The notes beneath the pieces were generated by a model. The model did no database searches. It was not told the origin of the DNA and worked only from the letters and a program-made list of their open reading frames with translations. Below are positions 1-12,600 of a DNA stretch of 64,000 nt, piece after piece. The DNA comes from Dimorphilus gyrociliatus (taxonomy: Eukaryota; Animalia; Annelida): assembly GCA_904063045.1 (NCBI GenBank), contig CAJFCJ010000007.1, positions 4,223,404 to 4,287,403 on the forward strand. The letters run 5' to 3'. The translations under genes were made by a program, and so were the position numbers. The stretch's first letter is position 1. Each line of letters starts with the position of its first letter.

Positions 1-12
1 CTTAATTTACAG

Positions 13-81
13 AAAAGGAAACATGAAATTCCTCGATATAGGAAGGATTTCCCTCTGAAGAGAAAGGGAATAAAATATTAA
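13..81 (+). CDS. possible terminal exon of an upstream gene (KRKHEIPRYRKDFPLKRKGIKY*)
   Basis: TTACAG acceptor at 7-12, then 22 open codons and TAA at 79-81; no homology recognised. Confidence 0.25.
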   Translation, partial: KRKHEIPRYRKDFPLKRKGIKY

Positions 82-440
82 TAACAAGATAACAGAATCT
101 ATACCATCATTGATTCTTCATTAATTACAATCAAAATGTTTAAGTTTTTCTCAAACTCTTCCTCTATTTCATACGTTATATTTTATAATAAACAGCATAT
201 TTCTTATGAATATATTTGTAAATACACAGTGATTAATCTCGTTTAGCATAGATTTATATGTTGTTTTTTTAGTTATTACTATTTCAAAACTATAGTCAAG
301 TTGCCAAAGGGTCAAAATATTACCGGTACACCTATTAATTGTAGTTTATCAGTCAATACTTAATATAGTAAAAGGTGAAGGTCAGTTTATTCTGAGAAAG
401 TGTGTATAAGTTCAAATCTTAGAGTAGACCAATAGTAAGA

Positions 441-985
441 ATGTCTCCCAGCGTTCTGTTAACACTATCGAACCCTGTGTTTGCAAAATTTGTATTCCAT
501 GCTACGCTATGTCTAGCGAAGATGTTGAGTCTTGGAATATTGACATCTATAAAGAGGTCAGCAACGTTAGTGATGAGTAGTCCAGAGGATAGATCGTGGT
601 CTTATTTTGTGGGTAAAACTCCTAAAGACGCTAAAATTATTCACAACGACGATAGAATTGAAAGAGTTAGAAGGTAAATCTTTGCTAATATTAATTGTTA
701 CCATTTAGCTTATAATGTCTTTCTTATTTTTACAGAAATCACCTGAACGATGTCGAAAACATCTACTTGTTTGTCCTAATTGGCTTTTTTTACGTACTAA
801 CTCAACCAGACCTTTCTACTGCTACGTGGCATTTTAGAATATTTACCATCTCTCGCTTTATTCACACACTCGTCTATCAATTAGCAGTTAAACAACCAGC
901 GAGAGGTTCCGCATTTTTTGTAGGTGTTTTGGTAAATGTTTCTATGGCTTTTAGTATCTTGTTTAACGGAGCTTTGAGCTTTTGA
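441..985 (+). CDS. MGST1: MAPEG family microsomal glutathione S-transferase 1-like, 2 exons
   Basis: Exons 441-673 and 736-985, GT-AG intron 674-735; the join reads ERVRRNHLNDVENIYLF, with SPED motif and RFIHTLVY typical of MGST1/PTGES. Confidence 0.88.
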
Positions 986-1308
986 TTTATTCGAATTCTA
1001 TACAAATTTTCCATAGTTAAACTTAACCAACTTTTCTGCATATTGAAATATAATTGACAAATAAAAGTCTTTAATACAAGTTTTTAATCAAATAAAATGT
1101 TATACTCTATTAATTGCGAAATATCTTGAAATCAGTTTGATAATTTAACAACAATTTTTATCTCATTCCCAGAAAACAGAGTTCTAAACAAATATACGGT
1201 GCTGCCATCTATATCGGACTACACAGGCAACTTAATATGCAAATAGGCTGCTCAGGTGCTCAGAGGAAAACAATTTATACTAAAGCAGTTAATTTTCAAA
1301 TGGAGGTT

Positions 1309-1450
1309 ATCTTCGCGCAGGAGCAATTCCGCCACCAGTGAAGTTATCTGAGGTGCGGATATTGCTAGTTGAAAACTATACCCAATTCCCCGCGATATTC
1401 GCTTGAAATATTAGTGAGTAATCGCAATTTTTGTCGGCTAGAAATAGCCA
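1309..1450 (+). ncRNA. RNU4: U4 spliceosomal snRNA
   Basis: 5' ATCTTCGCGCAGG (U6 stem II); kink-turn 5' stem-loop CCGCCACCAGTGAAGTTATCTGAGGTGCGG; TTGCTAGTTGAAAAC (stem I); 3' stem GCGATATTCGCT...AGTGAGTAATCGC; Sm site AATTTTTG 1426-1433; terminal hairpin GGCTA-GAAA-TAGCC 1436-1449. Confidence 0.93.
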
Positions 1451-2611
1451 AATATCTAAATAATAAAGACGAGAGGGTCTAAATTGCCTGTGCTATTAGA
1501 TCTAAACAACGGGCACTTTTTCTTATATATACTATGTAAATAGTGTATATCATATTTTCCATAGAGCTCAAATACACTTAAATTCATTATCTATTACACA
1601 AACGGCTTTCAATTTTGATGATCTTTTTTTATCTTCCTTATTCTCATTGAATCATATCACTTGGAATATTCGTGCTACTCTTACTAATTGGGTCAACATA
1701 AAATAATGTTTGGTAGAGGGGTTTACTCCCTCACAACAGATTTGAATTTATTATAGAAGAGACTATGTCTAAATCTTTTACTCGTTAAAATTCAATATGT
1801 TGCTTGGTCTTTAAGTACTTTATATAAGAGACTTAGCAGATTAATTTGCTGCATCTATACTTTCTTGACTTTGAGGTCCTGGCTATTTTTTAGGTTTCTT
1901 ATGATTGAAACTGCAAACTATTTGCAACCATCAGAAGGGAGAAAGAAAAGCGTGAAATAAATGAAAATAGAATATTTGAGGTTGCAAGATGTAGGAGAAG
2001 ATGTAAACTTTTTGCTGATACTTAAATGGGAAAGATTTTCAAAATAATCTGTCACAAATCTATCTATAAATATTATCTTAAAGGGATATTATAGTTTTTA
2101 CAATCCTCTAGATGGCATTTTCTTATTTGATAAATATTCATACCAACCTGTTCTGAATAAGAAAAGACCACTCTACAAAATCAATAGCGCCGTGAAAATT
2201 TAAATTCCGCTTCTCCCTATAAAAGAGTAATAAAAATCGGCTTTAAGGTGCCGGCATTTTTATTCAACTTAGCCTTTTGAGAGTTGTATCGATCAAGTCT
2301 GATTAGTGTTTTATTCTGGAAAGCGAAACGATATTTTTAATAATCGCCTATCGGCCAATCACTAATTAGATTTGAACACTTTTCGCCCAGTGCTCTCAGC
2401 TGGTCTACGTTCAAAGTAAATAATCTACGCCGTAAATCCTCTCATTCTATTGTAAAAGAATCTTTTTTATACACAAAAAAGAAAGAAAATCAAATGAAAA
2501 ATTGGCATTGTACAAAAAATGTTCGTTTTGGCAACAACTACTTTTGAAAATCTTACGATTCATTTTATACAAATAGAATATATCCGCTTTAGATAAGGAT
2601 TTCATTACATT

Positions 2612-4658
2612 ATGAGTACTGCATACCAGAGGATATTGTCTATTGCTTGTAAAAGTGATGGAAATAGATCGGATAAGGATATTGAGGAATTGAAGAGTTG
2701 GCTAAGGAAAACTTCGGATGTATTCAAAAATCAGAAGGAAGAAATTGTTGAGGTTGTGGCTAAGAAAAGTTGCTATGTCTCACGTAATTTAGACGATGTT
2801 GTTATAAGGCAAGGAGAAGTTGGAGATATCGTCTATATTGTCCTTCGTGGAAAGTTGTCCGTTTACGTTAGACCCCAAGCATCAGGTATCGACGATGCTC
2901 GCTGCGCGGAACTTCTGCGCAGAGTTGAGGCGGATTGCTCTCAAAAACGTGTACCTTTGGATAGAAAGGTATTCGGTAACGCCGTCGTCACTTTGGGACG
3001 AGGTTCAATGTTTGGTGAAGTAGCTCTTTTATCGGAAAACTCTATTAGAACAGCTTCCGTTATGTGTGACGAAAAGTGCGATTTGTTAGCTATCGACCGG
3101 CAAACGTACAATCAATCTCTTCGCTCCTGGCAGGTATCTATAATCCCTTTATTATTCTGACCACTCCTACTCATTGTTTAATCAAGGATATATTATTACT
3201 TTTAAGGAGGAAGAATTTAAAGAAAAAACCGAGTTTGTTAAGGAGCATTCACTGTTCAGAAACTGTTCTTTAGATAATAGGGTAAACATGGCTATAAGCC
3301 TGAGAAAAGTTGTTATTCCGTATGCGGGTAGTATTTGCCGACAGGGGGAACCTGCCAATACTGCCTATTTTGTATCGAAAGGGGAATGTAGAATCGTTAT
3401 GACGCCTAAAAATCATAATAGTCAATTCCATAATACATCTTATAATATTAAACATTCAAAAATCCCTGAAGCCTATGTAGGTGAATCTACAACTGGTCTA
3501 AGAAGGCCTAAATCAGCTTTTAATAAACTTCGAGTCAATACAGAAGAAAGTGACGACTTCGAAGTTGGAATTTCTTGTGCCGATACTATAATTGGCGATG
3601 TTGAATTAGTCCTCGAACTGTCTTCCTATATTGAAAGTGTTGTGGCAAATACTCATTGCGTCCTGTTCTCTTTGGATAAGAGGAATTTTGAGCGTTTAAT
3701 AGCAAAAAAAATGATTCAAACATTTGGTCAAATTCGCCAAGCGGCTGAACTTAAAGTTCAAAGACGATTGGATAGAATTCCTTCCCAAGTCACTGATTTA
3801 TTGAAGCATTGGCACGACCGGTTAGTCGCCATGAGTCCGGAAGTGAAAACGTCCAAAAAGAAATTAGCATTTCAGAGAAAGGTTGAACCTAAACAAAACG
3901 ACTTGAAAGCGTTAATGAGAATCAAACGACACGAAAGACTTCTTCATAGGGGACCAATAATTCAAATGGATAGGATGAAACCGCGTAAGCCTAGAAAAAA
4001 GATTATAGAAGAGAAGGAAGAACATATTCCTTCTACCACTCAAGTAGTTCGAAGCAGAAAGAGAACAGATTCTGAAGATGAACGAATGATATCTGCAAGT
4101 GTGTTTAGATCAAAACGCCGGTCGCAGAATCAAGACAAAGAGAAAATATTCATTACTCAAAGAGACGAAAGTGATGATAATGATGAAGATGATGAAGATG
4201 AAGATAATGAAAATAAAAACGACAATTCTGATGGTTTCGAAAAGTACGAGTTGACTTGTTTTAGAAATCATGAAGCTTCGCAAAAGGCTATGACTGCGCT
4301 GGAAGATAAACTTGGTCGATGGTACGACAAAGTCGGAAATCTAGTCAAAGATGACTCAACATACAGGAAGGCAAGCAGGGTACGAAGTTTATCAAGAGTT
4401 AAAGAACGTTCACCTAACGATGAGCCATTAAAGCACGGAATGGTAATTATAATGCGGCCCCATTCTCCCGTCTTTCCTAATGCACAAAGAGCAGTATCAG
4501 CACATCAACATCAAGTATATAGACCAATCGAATGGGGTTTAGAAGAGGATAACGTGAACGAAATACGATTCTTTAGGGTTCAATCGGCTCCTGCAAGAAG
4601 AGGAGCTGACGGATCTGCGAAAAGCAGGCCTAAATCTGCAATATGCTGGGATAAATAG
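2612..4658 (+). CDS. cyclic nucleotide-binding domain protein (CNBD2-like), two CNB domains plus charged tail
   Basis: Exons 2612-3133 and 3207-4658 (phase 0 intron 3134-3206); canonical phosphate-binding cassette FGEVALLSENSIRTASV in CNB-A, degenerate IGDVELV in CNB-B. Confidence 0.8.
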
Positions 4659-4663
4659 TTTTA

Positions 4664-6850
4664 TTAATCATTTCTTAAAGTAAAAGCGTCAATACGGTAT
4701 TGGCCTGCCAAGAATAGAGTTTCCGTTCCATTTGAAAAAACCGCAGCAGAATATAATCTATTAAAGTTTCTGTTACTTATGAGTTTTCCTTCCGTAGTAT
4801 AGATTGATATCTTTGTAGTTCTCCTCTTTTTTTGGCAAAGGAGAAGTCCCTGATTATGTCCTAACAAATAAACATTTCGAAAATATGAGTTTTTGTTGAC
4901 TTCTTTAATAGTTTTAAATATGCTGCCATCAGTTGAATCCAAAAGCAGTATACCTCGTATTCCAAAGATATCAGCGACCGCTACTTTATTATCGATTATC
5001 GCTATATTTGCTCGACCATCTGCTGTTATATTAGTCTTCCAGACAATAGTACCATTCATATGTAATCCTAATATATCGCAAGGACTAGTGGTAGAAACAA
5101 TTAACATTCCATCCGCTGTGGAACGAATTTGGGAGATACTATAATCCAATGAAAACAGAATTTCCCAATTAGCTCCTTTATCATGGGAAGAAATAACTAC
5201 ACCTTCCATTATATTGTTCTTTGTTGAGCATAAAGCTACTATTGTGCCATTCAATGTGATTGTAATAGATCTTAATTTACAATTTTTTTTCACTTGAACT
5301 TGTTCTATTGCCCCAAATTCAGGATTCATTACGTATAGACCTCTATTAATCCGATCGTATTTTGCCACATAGTATAAATTACCTTCTGAAATTATAATAT
5401 CATATATAAACTTTCCAAATTCGAATAGTTGTTTGGTCAATTTTAATTGGTAATTATTTAAATCCAATAGATGGCGTTCAGTAGTTGTTTGAACCGTTGG
5501 ACTTGAACCAATTGTGAAAAAGTTTGTCAAAGTTGATAAAGTTTCCAAATTAGTTTCTTCCGTTGAATTCAATTTGGTTGCCGTATGTTCCGCAGTTGGG
5601 AATATTTCAACGGATTCGGTTGTGGTAATAAGTTCTTGAGTCTGAGCTGTTGAAGTTTGCTTCACTAAACCTAAAGTAGCTTCACTAGTTGTTTCCATAG
5701 AAGTTGTAAAGGACTTGGTAGTCTTAATAGAGTTATTAAGTAGATGTTCGCTAGTAGAAAGATCACTATTGGTACTACTACTTCTACTACTACCACTACT
5801 GCTACTACTACTACTACTACTACCACTACTACTCTTCAAGACTTCAACTTTTTTAGCTTTCTTTAGATATCTTGTAACGTCGCTTTCAATAGGCCTAGTA
5901 GTTGTAGATAAGACAATGCTTTCTTCTCTAGTAGAATGACTATCTTTTGAATCGTGTGTATTTCTTTCCAAGTTTATGGTCGAGTCATTAGATTTAATAA
6001 ATATGAGTTTACCAGTTGAAATTTTCACATTGGAACTATCATTTATTAATAAGGTATTCGTAGTCACTTTTGAATTGCTCTTAGAACGTCCAGTAGTTAA
6101 GACTTTTAAAATAAAACTACCATTTGTTAAATCATCTGCAGTTGATTTTGAATGCATTGCAAAAGCTTTAGGAGGTCTGTTAAATAAAGTTTTAACTGTT
6201 GATAATTCTGTAATATATCTACCAGTTTTATAATCATCTTGAGAAGTTACTATATTTCCTTTTATCTTGGTTTTGATAGGTTGTGTTATTTGAGCTGTAC
6301 TTGATTTTATAGTGGAAGCAACAGTTGTTAAATCTTCATTATTTGCTTGTAAACTCGTTGTCAAGTTAACTCTGGTAGTTGTTTCGTTATCGCGAAAAGG
6401 TATCGGATTTGGGCTTGTCGTACGCCTGTCACTTTTTAAACTGGATTTAACCGTTTTTGTATTAGATTCAATAAAAACTTTGTCGGTACGATTTAACTTT
6501 GTTTTATTGATTAAATCCAGTTCTGGATATAGTAAATCAAGAGTTCTCGATTGTTTAATTACCGATTTTTCGTCCACTTCATAATGAGTCCTTTGTTCCA
6601 TTAGATTCGTAAGTGAACCTCTTAAAAAGTAGAAATAGATGATATTCACACAAACACCAATAAAAATAGCAGCAAGGAAAGTATAAAGTGAGCATAATCT
6701 ATTTAATCTTGCTTCTTGCTTTTGTAAGCGTTTCAAAATTTTCACTTGAAAGAATATAAAGTTCCTCGTTTCGTAATGTTCCCTTTTCATCCTATTATCC
6801 AAATTACGTACGTAATTCTTAATTCTATACATATTTCTTTCATCAGTCAT
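4664..6850 (-). CDS. uncharacterised 728-aa single-pass membrane protein: basic N-terminus, TM helix, Ser/Thr-rich stalk, C-terminal beta-propeller-like (NHL-like) domain
   Basis: Single uninterrupted ORF; hydrophobic LCSLYTFLAAIFIGVCVNIIYFYFL; Thr/Ser-rich middle with many N-X-S/T sequons; C-terminal ~250 aa of alternating beta-strand pattern. Confidence 0.7.
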   Translation of the reverse strand: MTDERNMYRIKNYVRNLDNRMKREHYETRNFIFFQVKILKRLQKQEARLNRLCSLYTFLAAIFIGVCVNIIYFYFLRGSLTNLMEQRTHYEVDEKSVIKQSRTLDLLYPELDLINKTKLNRTDKVFIESNTKTVKSSLKSDRRTTSPNPIPFRDNETTTRVNLTTSLQANNEDLTTVASTIKSSTAQITQPIKTKIKGNIVTSQDDYKTGRYITELSTVKTLFNRPPKAFAMHSKSTADDLTNGSFILKVLTTGRSKSNSKVTTNTLLINDSSNVKISTGKLIFIKSNDSTINLERNTHDSKDSHSTREESIVLSTTTRPIESDVTRYLKKAKKVEVLKSSSGSSSSSSSSSGSSRSSSTNSDLSTSEHLLNNSIKTTKSFTTSMETTSEATLGLVKQTSTAQTQELITTTESVEIFPTAEHTATKLNSTEETNLETLSTLTNFFTIGSSPTVQTTTERHLLDLNNYQLKLTKQLFEFGKFIYDIIISEGNLYYVAKYDRINRGLYVMNPEFGAIEQVQVKKNCKLRSITITLNGTIVALCSTKNNIMEGVVISSHDKGANWEILFSLDYSISQIRSTADGMLIVSTTSPCDILGLHMNGTIVWKTNITADGRANIAIIDNKVAVADIFGIRGILLLDSTDGSIFKTIKEVNKNSYFRNVYLLGHNQGLLLCQKKRRTTKISIYTTEGKLISNRNFNRLYSAAVFSNGTETLFLAGQYRIDAFTLRND
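5773..5833. repeat. imperfect (ACT)n trinucleotide repeat encoding poly-Ser on the minus strand
   Basis: tactactacttctactactaccactactgctactact... encodes the SSSGSSSSSSSSSGSSRSSS tract. Confidence 0.85.
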
Positions 6851-7764
6851 TCTTGTTTGCCAGCTATTATGTAAATGGTATAAACTTTCATAAAGTATAG
6901 ATGGAGTTTCTAATTACTTGTTACAATAAAAAAAATTATTAATATACATTTTTTTATTAATATAAAATATAGTTCATATTTCAAGATTAATCACTTCTCT
7001 TTTATTAATATTAACTGTTATTATCGGATAGTATTTAATCTTTAATTATTTTATTTAAGGTTAAACAATTCGTGTTTGATTTCTTAGTTAGTTTGTTTAT
7101 AATCTGTTTTTTTAATAGATTTATATCTCTTTTACGGATATTATAAATATTTATATTGATCGATATTAAGATATCAATTTTTTAAAAAATCGATTTAAAA
7201 GATCTCATCAAAACTTTGCAACATTAGACTATTAGCTAATAAATCAATTATCGTGTTAAAAAGTTCTAAAGTTTAATTTCATTTACATTCTAATTTTAAT
7301 TAAATTCCATTTCAACTGTAAAATTAAACAATTAAATTTCATTTAACTTTAACTTATTTATATTTCATATATTCTCTTTTATTACTATTGAATTTTATTC
7401 TATTGCAGCAGTTGTTGATAAATCGAATTTCTTTTCTGATTATTTAAATATATTAAATGTGAAGAACATATATATAGACACTTTTTAAAGGTTTTTTTGA
7501 TAATTAACCGTCTCAACTGTCTATATTAGATATTTTCAGACCTTACAACAGATTTAAGAATATAGTAAAACTTTATAAGAAAACTACAACTTATACGATC
7601 AGATAAAATGTTTGAAAAGTTTCTAATTAAAGGAAATTAATGAAAGAGAATATTAATAAATTATCGTTGGTCATATTCTCAATTCGTATTATTGGCGCCA
7701 ACATATCGCGCCACACTACAAAGGTACTCTTAAGAAATATGTAAACAATTCAAAAGGTTCAACT

Positions 7765-9532
7765 ATGTCGAATCGGAAGCTTCTCTCCTATGAAAACGCG
7801 TATGTGAAACAGCCACCACCTTATAAAAAGACAGATTTTCGATTACAACTTTGGAAAAATGAACGAAAAGAATTAAGATTGAAAGTAAGAAGAGAAAATT
7901 TTCATGTTGCTAGAGGCGATAACCTAACGAATGCTCCGGTATCTGTCGACACATCTAAAGCTAGATCTAATAGCGATGTCATTCGACTTTGTCTCAGGGA
8001 ACTTGGTTGGAATGAAAAGGAAACGGCGTCCAAAAAGAAATCTCATATTTACTGGTAACGCTTATTCCAATGTGATATCATATTTGTTAAATTTTATATA
8101 TATTTATAGGCATAGCCTCTCCTATGAAGATAACGATAATATACCTCCAGCTGCAAGAGTCAATAAATTTCCCGGAATGATAAATTGTTTAAGAAAAATA
8201 GCTCTATCCAGAACACTTGACGTTATGGCGCGTTTGTATCCAACAAGCTACGATTTTCATCCACAATCATGGATATTACCTACCCAATGGAGTACATGGT
8301 TTGAAGATTTTGAAAGAAAACCATCCATTTATATTGTAAAACCGAACGACGGTACTCATGGAAATGGAATTTACTTGTTAACCGATCCCAGACGCTACGA
8401 CGTTGGGGGAAATAGAAAGCATATTGTTCAAGAATATTTGTCAAAGCCCTTACTATTAGAAGGCAAGAAGTTTGACTTAAGAATTTATGTCGTGATTTCC
8501 AATTTAGAGCCTTTAACTGTTCACGTCTGTCGAGAAGGTCTTGTTAGATTGTGTACAGAAGATTATAGATCACCGAATACTTCTAATTTGCACAAGGTTC
8601 ACATGCACCTGACAAACTATTCACTGAACAAATCCAGTCCATCCTACGTTCACACGGACGATGTAAACGACGGTAACAAGAGAACTGTTACAGCTTTATT
8701 AAAAACTTTGAGGAGTTGCGGTTACGATGTCACTATGCTTTGGTCCAATATTGTTGATGTTGCAGCAAAAACTGCCATATCTATAGCCCCTCAACTGCAG
8801 GTAGAATTGCGTGCAATAACAGCACCTAGACCACAACCTTTTCAAATACTCGGCTTCGATCTACTTGTTCTGAATAATTTAAGTGTTTCGTTACTTGAAG
8901 TGAACGCCTGTCCATCATTGAGGATTGATTATGATCAGTCTATTGCTCCTGGAATAACTGAAACTATACATAGTGCCGTTGATGAGGAAATCAAGAAACC
9001 TCTTGTGCAAGAGACGCTCAAACTAGTAGCACCTCCTCACGCAAACGTCGATTGTGATGACACTATTCTGGAAGAGGTCTTACCCTTGAGAGCTGACGAG
9101 TACAGGTGTTATTGTATAATTGATCGTATTGTAAAGATATTCACAGCTAGTCTTGGAGTGAGGGCTACCCTACGCATGAATCATACAGCTTTCAGGAATT
9201 TTGCGCGAAGATGTAAACTAACAGGAATTACTGGAGGTGTTAGTTCAGCTTCGATAGATTTGTTATACTTGGAAGTTCAGAGAAGGTCAGAGCATGTTGA
9301 GGACTCTGGTAAATCAGGCTTGTGCTATCAAGGTTTCCTAGATGCTTTTCTCTCTTTGGCAAAGATTAAGTATTCATCCGCTGATAATCTACTCGAATCA
9401 GTATTAAGTTTGATTGGCTATTGCGAAACTCAATTAAATAATCACTCTCTTCCCCCGGCTTACAAGCCTCTTCTAAAGAAGAGAACGTCGTCTGGCAATA
9501 CATTTACAAAGCAACTTGTAGACGATCATTAA
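7765..9532 (+). CDS. TTLL11: tubulin polyglutamylase TTLL11, 2 exons
   Basis: Exons 7765-8054 and 8110-9532 (55-nt intron); IYWHSLS...VNKFPGM, KFDLRIY, LTNYSLNK, QILGFDLL, LLEVNACPS TTL motifs. Confidence 0.88.
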
Positions 9533-9684
9533 TTTTTTGAACTTTTCACAAAAAAGCCACATAAAACATGCAAATAATAATGATATTAATGTCAATAATG
9601 ATAATAATAATAAACACGCCCTACTTGAAACTCACAACAAAGAACCAAAATAAATTTAAAAAGAAAAAAACAGAATTATTTATT

Positions 9685-12600
9685 TCATTGTTGTTCCTCG
9701 TAAATGACGTATTCACCATCCTCTTCTACATGATCTATTATAACTTCCTGCGGTTGATTATTCGGATCAACTTTCTGAGGTGCATGTAAATGTTGGGCTA
9801 GGACATGGCCAACCAATTCATCTTGATTAGGAAATGTTAAGCTACAGAGATCACATGTTAATTTTTCTTCACTTCCTTCCGTCGCACAAAATTGAACACG
9901 TCTATCAGTGACTTCTTCCTGCTGTTCTGTACTTTCAGATGTTCCAGGGCCCTCTTCATGACGTTTCATATGTAATTTCATAGTCATAGAACGTTTGGTA
10001 GCAAAAGAGCAAAGGCTGCATTCCAAAGTTTTACCACTATCGTGAATAATTTGATGGTTTTTTAGATCCTTCTTTGTTTTGAATGATTTATTGCAATCGT
10101 CGCAAGTAAATGGTCTCCTATTTGAATGGGCAACTGTTAAATGCCTTACTAAAGATCCTTTTGTCAAAAGTTTCTTGTGACAAACGTGGCATTCGAAGCC
10201 ACGTTCGGCACCTGTTTGATCATGCATGACTTTATGAGCCATAAACCCAGAGTAGCTTCCGAAGGAGCGATTGCAAATATCGCAATGAAAAAGGCAAGTG
10301 TGCGATTTCATATGCTGATTTAATGACATTGGAGTTCTATAGTACTTGTGGCAATATTGACACATGTAGTTTTTGCTCGTAGCATGAGTAGTAGCATGCC
10401 TTTTCAAGTAGGCTTCATCTGGATAGCGTTTTCCACATTGTTCGCACTCATAAGGTCGGGCAATAGAGTGAACTCTTTTTGTATGGGCATTTAAATCGCT
10501 TTGTGCAGCAAAAGCTTGCTTGCATAAATTGCAACTGAACTTGTGAACAATTTCATTAGTTTTTGTATGCTCTGTCATATGAGCCGAAAGCTGAAGGTTA
10601 AAGACATTACAATAGTTTAGAATAAAAATAAAAATAGATTTTTTTTTCAATACCAACCTCCTTTTTAGTGTTAAATTGTTTAAAACAAAGGCTGCAAGAA
10701 GCTTCTTTACTGATAGCGTGCTCTTGTAAATGTTCTATCATATCATTTCTTATTTTACCTTCAAATATATATATATATATATATATTATGTATATAAAGT
10801 CATAAATGCATGATTAATTGCATCTTACATGTAAAATCGCATCTATTGCATTTCCACGGACTAATATCTGGATGATCAGCTTTCACGTGCTCCAGAAAAG
10901 TCGTCACGTTCCTGAATAGATGATCAGCGCAGATATCGCTTGAACAAAGCTTGCACATATACATGCTACGGACTTTAAAAGGGAAAATAAAGTTATTCGC
11001 GAATAAATAGCAACATATAATACTAATTTACCATGTTGTCCTGTTGTTGTAACATGTTGAACCATGCCACAGTAATCAGCCAAATCTGGGACATATTCTT
11101 CAACAGCAGTCATTTTTCCTTTCGATCTTGGCATTCTAGCGATAGGCTTTTCCGTAAAACTAGTATTTCCTGAATTGTTACTACTTTTAGCTTGCTCGTT
11201 GACCTGTAAAACAGCAGTTCCATCACTTTCGTGTTTCACAACAACTTCTGAAACGTCTTCGATCGGAACATCTAGTTGCACAGTGATTTCATCTTCATTA
11301 CCATCGCTTTCTATAGACATGCACTCTCCTTGAGAAGTGGTTCTCATTTTTTGTTTTCCAGGACTTCGATTCTTTTTCCCCTGCTTCTTAGAATCAACAA
11401 GCATGAGAGAACCATCTTTGCATTGGATGGTCTTATATTCTGACAATTTTGCCTCTTTATCTTCTCCCACTTCAAGCTGAACAACATTGTCTTCTTCAAG
11501 GGACAGATTATCAGTTTCTTTCAGCTTTTCGACGTACTCCTCGTTGACTATTTCGATACTAATTGTTTCGGTTTTTTCTTCACTTTTTGTCTTCTCAACA
11601 TATACCTGTTCTTCTTCTAAAATCTGTCCACTATTTATAATTGATTGCATTGTATCTTCCGTAACCACAATCGGATGTTTCTTCTGAGATGTATCCTTTC
11701 TAATTAAACCTTCTCTGCAATGAGAAATTATCAGTATTATTTTTAGAATCTAATTTTATATCAACTTACTTGTAGCCTTTAGTGTATTTGTCAGTTTTTA
11801 CTGCACCTCTGAGCTTAACACATCTTGATGCCGAGTATGTTCCACATATATCATTAGATTTTGGGACCTTCGATAGTTCTTTGATTTCTGCTGTAATAAT
11901 TAAAGATCGAAATTAAAAATTTGTATACCCCATCAGCCGCTTTAGATTGTATACCTTTAATGGTTTGGTCTTCGCTTCTTTCTTCCTCTTCAGCGTTCTT
12001 CTAAATTAAAATTTGAAAAAAATTATAAAATTTAGCATCACAAGCTGCATCCAAGATATATTTACAATGGTTTCGACCCTAATCACATGATTCAGTTCAG
12101 GTGGTTGTGGTGTACTCGATGAAGAGTTCTTCATAGCTTCCAGTTGTTCTTCAGTAACAAGATCTCCATCCAAAGTAAAATATTCAGGTTTAACCCATCC
12201 TCCTCTTTTAGAGCTTCCTGATAAGGTATACATTTGGAATGTTAGGAAGAAAACAAGAAAATTGTGATTAAATACTGACTTCTATCCAAATTATGAACAT
12301 GGAATAAATGAGTCTTCAATGTTTTCAGTTCATGGAAAGCCATGGCACATAACGGACACTCTTGATCTCGAACATTTAAATGATACTTCATATGCTGTTG
12401 AAGTTTTTGCTTAAAATTAAATCCTTTTCCACATTCTGGACATTCGAACAATTTTCGGTGACAATGGACATTCATATGCTTAACAAGAGTCGAACGAGCA
12501 GGACCTATTGGATGGATCATTAACTATTTATTTAATAAAGTTTATATTATTCCAATATACGTACATCCATATGAACATACAGGACAAGACCAAGGTTTAT

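Noticed and set aside
1560-2040. Scattered exon-like open stretches between U4 and CNBD2-like
   Set aside because: I could not join them into a phase-consistent model on either strand
2371-2415. Inverted repeat TTTGAAC...GTTCAAA with inner CCAG/CTGG as a structured ncRNA
   Set aside because: Short stems, no snRNA, snoRNA or tRNA boxes; sits next to a CCAAT box and is probably promoter DNA
2521-2535. X-box-like sites near ciliary genes (GTTCGTTTTGGCAAC; also 58929-58946 before DNAI4) and GTAAACA forkhead sites
   Set aside because: Only one good half-site each; short motifs are expected by chance
3134-3206. CNBD2-like intron starting GTATCTAT as a possible U12 intron
   Set aside because: Only a partial donor match and no U12 branch site
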